A stretch of 64,000 bases of DNA, taken from Bacilli bacterium (GTDB lineage: Bacteria; Bacillota_I; Bacilli_A; RFN20; CAG-826). The position numbers and the translations under genes were made by a program. The stretch covers positions 14,725 through 78,724 of the forward strand of contig JAZLMH010000028.1 in the NCBI GenBank assembly GCA_045598525.1, given 5' to 3'. A model generated the notes under the pieces. It made no database searches. It worked only from the letters and a program-made list of their open reading frames with translations, and was not told the DNA's origin. Each line of letters begins with the position of its first letter. The first letter of the stretch is position 1. Shown piece after piece: positions 58,609-64,000 of the stretch.

Positions 58609-59661
58609 ATGATTAGAGCTTTAGTGATTAATAAGAGTTTTTCTGATAATTTGGGAGATCAGGCTATTGGTCGTGCAATGGAAAACTTATTTAATTTAAT
58701 CAATTGTGAAGTTATAACTGCAGATTTAACAACTGTGCAGAAAAAACAATTATTCATTAAAGACATTTCATTAAATAACAAAAACAGAAAAAAATTTAAG
58801 TTGTTAAAAACAGTAAAGTGGTATTTAAAGCACAAAAATTCAATTGGCATTTATTTAGATAAAACTTTAAAAGAGTGTGATGCCGTTTTCGTTGGTGGCG
58901 GAGAGTTAATACAAGACAATAATATATTTCCTATAGCGTTATTTCTGTGGATGAAAGAAATAAGGAAACGTTCTCCTCAATTGCCTATTTATTATTTTGG
59001 TGTTGGAGCAACGGCTGGATATTCATTTTTTGCAAAGAAATTATTATTGTATGCCTTAAACCAGGCTAGCGGTATATATGTAAGAGACGGAAATTCCAAA
59101 GAAAATTTAGAAAAAGTTTTCAATATTAAATCAATAGAAATTCCAGATGTCGTGTTTTCGTTGGATTTATCGGTTAACACGCAACAAAAGATTGCAAAGA
59201 CAGTAGCTCTTGGTATAACTTCACCATTTAGAATAAAACAATATAATTGCAATAGCCAAGATTATTTTCGGGAAATGATGGCTGTTGTAGGACATTACGA
59301 TGGCAGTACGATAACTTTATGTTATACTGATTCTAATGATTATGCTGCTTGTAAGGCTTTTGCAACGTATTTAGTTGGGCAGAAAAAAGATTGTTCTAAT
59401 ATAAGAATTGGAGAATATAGAGATTTAGAAGGATTTCTTTCTTTTCTATCAACTCAAGAGGTTGTAGTCTCTCCAAGAATGCATGCTTGTATTTTAGGAA
59501 TTGCTAGCCTAGCATCAGCAACGCCAATTATTATCTCGCCTAAAATGGACGCCTTTTTAAAAAAATATTGTCAAACAGATTTTTCGAAAAGCGATTGTAG
59601 AAATAATATTATTGCTAGTTTTAATTCCATAATAGGAGTTTTAAATGAAAAAAACGAATAA
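58609..59661 (+). CDS. Polysaccharide pyruvyl transferase family protein
   Basis: 'NLGDQAI', 'VGGGEL', 'YVRD..S', 'PDVVF', 'RMHACI'. Confidence 0.85.
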   Translation: MIRALVINKSFSDNLGDQAIGRAMENLFNLINCEVITADLTTVQKKQLFIKDISLNNKNRKKFKLLKTVKWYLKHKNSIGIYLDKTLKECDAVFVGGGELIQDNNIFPIALFLWMKEIRKRSPQLPIYYFGVGATAGYSFFAKKLLLYALNQASGIYVRDGNSKENLEKVFNIKSIEIPDVVFSLDLSVNTQQKIAKTVALGITSPFRIKQYNCNSQDYFREMMAVVGHYDGSTITLCYTDSNDYAACKAFATYLVGQKKDCSNIRIGEYRDLEGFLSFLSTQEVVVSPRMHACILGIASLASATPIIISPKMDAFLKKYCQTDFSKSDCRNNIIASFNSIIGVLNEKNE

Positions 59662-61147
59662 AAACTCATTAATGGTTGTAACAATAATTGTTGTTATCGC
59701 TAAATTAATAGCTTTTATAAAAGAATTTGTTCTTTCTTATTATTATGGCGTTTCTCAGGTAAGCGATGCGTATAATGTTGCGTATTCAATACCTGTCACA
59801 ATAATAGGGTTTATAGCCTTGGCGCTGAATACTAGCTATATCCCACAGTATAATAAAATTAGCAAAAACGAGGGGGAGGATTCCGCTCTTGCTTTTTCAA
59901 ACAATATATCTGCGGTTATATTTTTCGTCTCTGTAGTATCGTTTATTTTATTAGAAGTTTTTGCTGAACCGATTGTTCAAATATTTGCTGGAGGATTTAA
60001 TGAAGAGACACTAACGTTGTCGGTAAAACTCACGCGTTTAATGGCTGCGATTGTAATGTTAATCTCTTTTAATCGAATTCTGTCTGCTTATGTACAATTA
60101 AAAAATAAATATTATATTGTCACTCTTTGTGAAGTGTTGTTATATGGATTCTCGATATTAGGTATTATCTTGAGTTCAACTTGGGGAGTAGAATGGCTTT
60201 CTTGGGGGGCATTAGTTGGGTATATATTTGAGTCTTTTTGCTTGGTTATAGTTTCGATTCGGAACGGATATAAATTTAAGTTTTCATTTAATTTTAGAGA
60301 TCCAAAAATTAAGGAGTTCTTCTTCCTTGTTTTACCAGTGATCATTGGCAGTGTTGCATCGGATATTAATAAAATCGTGGATAAGAATATCGCCTCATTA
60401 TATTCGGTAGGGTCTGTATCAATATTAAGTTATGCTCATAAAATTGATGAGGCATTAATTTCGATTTTTGTAACCTCGTTAATTTCGCTTTCTTATCCAA
60501 GGATTTCAAAACATGTTCAGGATAATAATGAAAACGGGCTAAAAAAGCAACTAACGAATGATTTTGAATTTTTATTCTTTTTAGTCGTTCCAATTTCTTT
60601 GGGGTGCATCTTTTTTTCAAAAGAGATTACAAAGCTTCTGTTTGTTCGAGGCGCTTTTACTGTCGAAAATGCATACAGCGTTGCCACGGCTTTTATTATC
60701 TATGCTTTGGGCATTATACCGACAACAATTAGAAAGTACTATGTTCGAATCTTCTATTCATATTCCGATTCAAAAACTCCAGCCACTAATTCTCTCATTG
60801 TAATTGCAATAAATATAATATTGAGTATTGTACTTGCGCATTTTTGGGGGATATATGGTGTAGCGGCAGGCTCTACAATTTCAATTTGTATTGGTGCACT
60901 TTTATTAATTATTCGAATTAGAAAACACCTAAAAATAGAATATAAACCTATTATTGTTCCGTTTATTAAAATCGTAGGGTCTTCGATAATAATGATTATC
61001 GCTTCAAAAACTTTAGAGCTTTTCGTTGGATCCCTAATTGGCGATAATATCACAACCATAATTAGTATATTATTTGCAGTAATTGTATATTTTTTCTGTG
61101 TTTTTGCGTTTGGGATGAAACATCTATTTTCTTATATAAAGAAATAA
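59645..61147 (+). CDS. MurJ/MviN-type flippase
   Basis: About 13 TM; 'SDAYNVAYSIP', 'VDKNIAS', 'LFVRGAF', 'FYSYSDSKTP'. Confidence 0.85.
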   Translation: MKKTNKNSLMVVTIIVVIAKLIAFIKEFVLSYYYGVSQVSDAYNVAYSIPVTIIGFIALALNTSYIPQYNKISKNEGEDSALAFSNNISAVIFFVSVVSFILLEVFAEPIVQIFAGGFNEETLTLSVKLTRLMAAIVMLISFNRILSAYVQLKNKYYIVTLCEVLLYGFSILGIILSSTWGVEWLSWGALVGYIFESFCLVIVSIRNGYKFKFSFNFRDPKIKEFFFLVLPVIIGSVASDINKIVDKNIASLYSVGSVSILSYAHKIDEALISIFVTSLISLSYPRISKHVQDNNENGLKKQLTNDFEFLFFLVVPISLGCIFFSKEITKLLFVRGAFTVENAYSVATAFIIYALGIIPTTIRKYYVRIFYSYSDSKTPATNSLIVIAINIILSIVLAHFWGIYGVAAGSTISICIGALLLIIRIRKHLKIEYKPIIVPFIKIVGSSIIMIIASKTLELFVGSLIGDNITTIISILFAVIVYFFCVFAFGMKHLFSYIKK

Positions 61148-61507
61148 AGAGATAAATAGCATTATATAAAACAATACCATCAATATTCCCCAGAAAGTTA
61201 AGTCGCTGCATTTGTTAATATAAAACTAGACCACATATGTGTATGCATAAAAGATAACCATCCGAGAAAATGGATGAATATGCGAAGTCTCGAATATATA
61301 TATAAAAAGCAAATTATGTGCTGTTGGATATCGAAAATCCCGGACCACGTATTATATATAATATAGAGAATGTTAAAATGGTCCAAAAATTTGACCAATA
61401 TAGATGATGCTACCCCTTTTAAACGGGTAGCCTTCCCTTCAAAGCTTATGTTGCTTTCAAAGGTTTTGAAGAGAAGCGGTGAGTTAAGTGAACGAAAGGA
61501 GAAATGA

Positions 61508-63235
61508 ATGCTTGAAAATGATGATGGGTTGAAAATCTCTAGAGAGATTTATTGGCCCTTATACTTTTCCAATTATCAATTTTGCTCCAGCAATAATTTT
61601 GAGATCACAAAACTGAATGATTTTTTAACTACAAAATTAAGCTTCGGCTTTGTTTCTCCTTTTAGCAATGAGTTTCATCCGCTTGCCATATTCGATGGGA
61701 AGAGAAGTGCTAATTATGAAGATTTATCAGATGATGATTTTAAGATTATAGCTGAAATAGCTGTTTCTTCTTCTGATTCGTATGTTTTGGCCAAGTGTTA
61801 TAATGTGTTATTTGTAAAAACTAATGAAAAAGTTTCTGCAATAAAATCCGCTGATTCATTTATGAGATTGGCTAATGAGTTTATTGCTAATGACTCGGTT
61901 TTTGCTTCGATTGGTTTCTTTCAGCATGCTTTGTTTTTATATAAAGAAGCAGGTGATAAACAGAAGATTAAAGAAACAATTAGCAATTTAGTTGATGCAG
62001 GCCAATACAAAAACGATGAAGACTTAACTCGTGTTTTGAATGGAATATTCGAATTCTTAAGCAAATGTAATTATTCAAAATACAATAAGCGTAATCTCAT
62101 CGAATTATCAGAAAGAATGTATATTGAGAGCGATTTTTGCCTTGAATTGTTCGAGAATATTTCAAAGTACTATTCTTCAATTCATGATATAGATAATCAA
62201 AACGTGTGGTTGAATAAATACGCGGATCTTTGCCTTGCTTTATGTGATAAATATAGTCCTAGAGGCTTTAGATATGTAAAATACGCAATCGAAAAACTAG
62301 AAAGGCTTTCTGATTTAAATGATGATCGAATAAATCAATTAAGATTTAGAAAAGATGAAGAAGATGCAAAATTTTTTGAGTTTTCTAATATGCAATCGAT
62401 TCCGTTGTCTGATAAATTGCAAAAAGAGATTGGTTTTAGAATAAATAACGTGAATGCCAAACTGGAAAAAGAAAATGATTCAATTTCTAGATTTCAATAT
62501 TTCCTATCTATTTTTTTACCTATAAAAAGTAGCGAAATTGAAGATTTTTGCAAAGGTCTCGAATCATCGGTATTCGCAGGCATGTTCAACACTGTAATCT
62601 TTGACAAGAATAAAAGAATTGTCGATGGAATCAGGCCCGATGATAAACAGAAAAAGGAAAAACATAACATTTCGCAAGCATATGCCCTATTCCATGCTAT
62701 CTATATTAAAATTGGAGTGTTCTATTTGTATAACAGCTGTGTTGATAATGAATTGAAGGATTTCTTACTCGATATAATTTCACATAACGAATTAGTTCTT
62801 AATGAAAGAATTCAGGTTGTTTATGACAGTATTATTGCTGGATTTAACATGAATATTAGAAAAGCTTTGTTTGTGCTTATATCTCAGTTCGAGTTTTGAT
62901 GCGTCGATTATTTGAAAAGGAATAGCATTTATCCAGCTGTAAAAAAGGGAAGTATGACAGTTCATATAGATCTGAATCATATATTAACAGAAGATAAGTT
63001 TAGGAATAAAATTGTTGAGTTGGTTGGCGAAGATTTAACAAAAGAACTAGAATATTTATTGGTCCAACCTTCTTATGGAAATTTAAGAAATTATAATTAC
63101 CATGAAGGATTCGATAAAGATAACGTCGCCAACAATCACGAAATTATGGCATTTTTAAGAATTATTATTGCCTATTGTATGGGATATGATTCCAAAAAAA
63201 CTAACAGTAGAGAGAACCATGAAAGAAGAAATTAA
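61508..63235 (+). pseudogene. DUF4209-like (HEPN-type) protein interrupted by an in-frame TGA at 62897-62899
   Basis: ORFs 61508-62899 and 62912-63235 share a frame; C-terminal 'NLRNYNYHEG' RxxxxH motif; RBS AAGGAG. Confidence 0.65.
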
Positions 63236-63620
63236 GCTACATATTACATATGATGAAGAATTGAAATTGGGCGATTTGGCAGAATGCCTTTCAAAGATCA
63301 ACACCGCTATTAATGATGTTAATAGGGATAATGGGATGAAGGATTCAAGGAAAATTGGTTCTGAATACGCTTCAAAAGTTCAAAATGTTGAATCTGGCTC
63401 TATTATAGTATTTATTACCGTTAACATTGTGACTCCTGTTGCTTTGTCTGTTATAGCAAACTATATTTACGATAAGTTAAAGGGCTTTAAGAAAAAGAAA
63501 AAGAAGTCCAATGAGGAACATAATATTGAAGAAGATTCAATTGTAGATGTTCGCGTGGTAGAGGAAAATGATAAAAAAGAAATTTCCATCCATATTTCCA
63601 GCCATAGAAGAATAGATTAG
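63219..63620 (+). CDS. Hypothetical protein
   Basis: ATG 63219 overlaps the previous ORF; 'NVESGSII' plus a hydrophobic helix and a Lys run. Confidence 0.55.
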   Translation: MKEEIKLHITYDEELKLGDLAECLSKINTAINDVNRDNGMKDSRKIGSEYASKVQNVESGSIIVFITVNIVTPVALSVIANYIYDKLKGFKKKKKKSNEEHNIEEDSIVDVRVVEENDKKEISIHISSHRRID

Positions 63621-63621
63621 C

Positions 63622-64000
63622 CCATATCAGTTCCCTGAGAAGCTCATCCCTTTAATGATTAGCAAAGCAGATAAAAATGAATCCCTCCCTGTCTATGGTG
63701 AAGGCCTTAATGTTAGAGACTGGCTCTATGTTGAAGATCACTGCAGAGGCATCCTTGCTGTTATTGAAAAAGGCAGAGTAGGGGAAGTTTATAACTTAGG
63801 TGGCCACAACGAAAGAAATAATCTTTATATTGTTAAGAGAATTCTTAAAGAAATGGGTAAGAGTGAGGATTTAATCACTCACGTCGCAGATAGGCATGGT
63901 CATGACCAGAGATACGCGATCGATCCACACAAGGCAAACGTTGAGCTTGGATGGGATCCGGTCACAACCTTTGAAGAAGGCATCGTTAAAACAATCAACT
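63622..64000 (+). pseudogene. rfbB: dTDP-glucose 4,6-dehydratase, 5'-truncated fragment running off the window
   Basis: [13 protein letters not shown]...[18 protein letters not shown]...GEVYNLGG...[12 protein letters not shown]; in-frame TAG at 63613 and no N-terminal half. Confidence 0.85.

Noticed and set aside
50-61059. Many short antisense or overlapping ORFs in the track (e.g. 14228-14806, 22864-23487, 46276-46782)
   Set aside because: Shadows of well-supported genes, with no independent coding signal
62897-62899. Host uses genetic code 4 or selenocysteine
   Set aside because: TGA ends several clear genes (e.g. 42267, 50661, 51477), and no SECIS-like hairpin is evident

Overview
Chromosomal segment of a low-GC Bacillota. 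The Mollicute-like Opp operon with large insertions and standard code 11 suggest a small-genome gut/rumen Bacilli lineage (inference). Left part: oppABCDF with a DUF3899-like protein and an M6-like protease, pfkB kinase, yefM-yoeB, gpsA, patatin, HAD, a CBM protein with a permuted GH3, Fic and a CotH-like lipoprotein. Next is a divergent pair of U32 RNA hydroxylases (TrhP-like, RlhA-like), with the TrhP-like gene in an apparent operon with a DASS permease and a chorismate mutase. Middle part: AAA ATPase, a glycine-riboswitch-controlled AGCS symporter, an orphan 33-bp-period repeat, an AbaSI/PvuRts1I-like endonuclease, DegV, two BspA-type LRR proteins, a catalytically degenerate PolC paralogue, an internally deleted IS3 element, a poly-G promoter, a sigma-region-4-like HTH protein, desulfoferrodoxin and a candidate ~300-nt rod-like ncRNA. 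Right part: a LoaP-headed polysaccharide cluster, a HEPN/DUF4209-like gene split by an in-frame TGA, and a 5'-truncated rfbB. No tRNA, rRNA or CRISPR array was seen. Best novelty candidates: a possible chorismate-uptake/prephenate-supply module for RNA hydroxylation, the structured RNA, and the pseudo-PolC. All family calls come from motif recognition by eye, not database searches.
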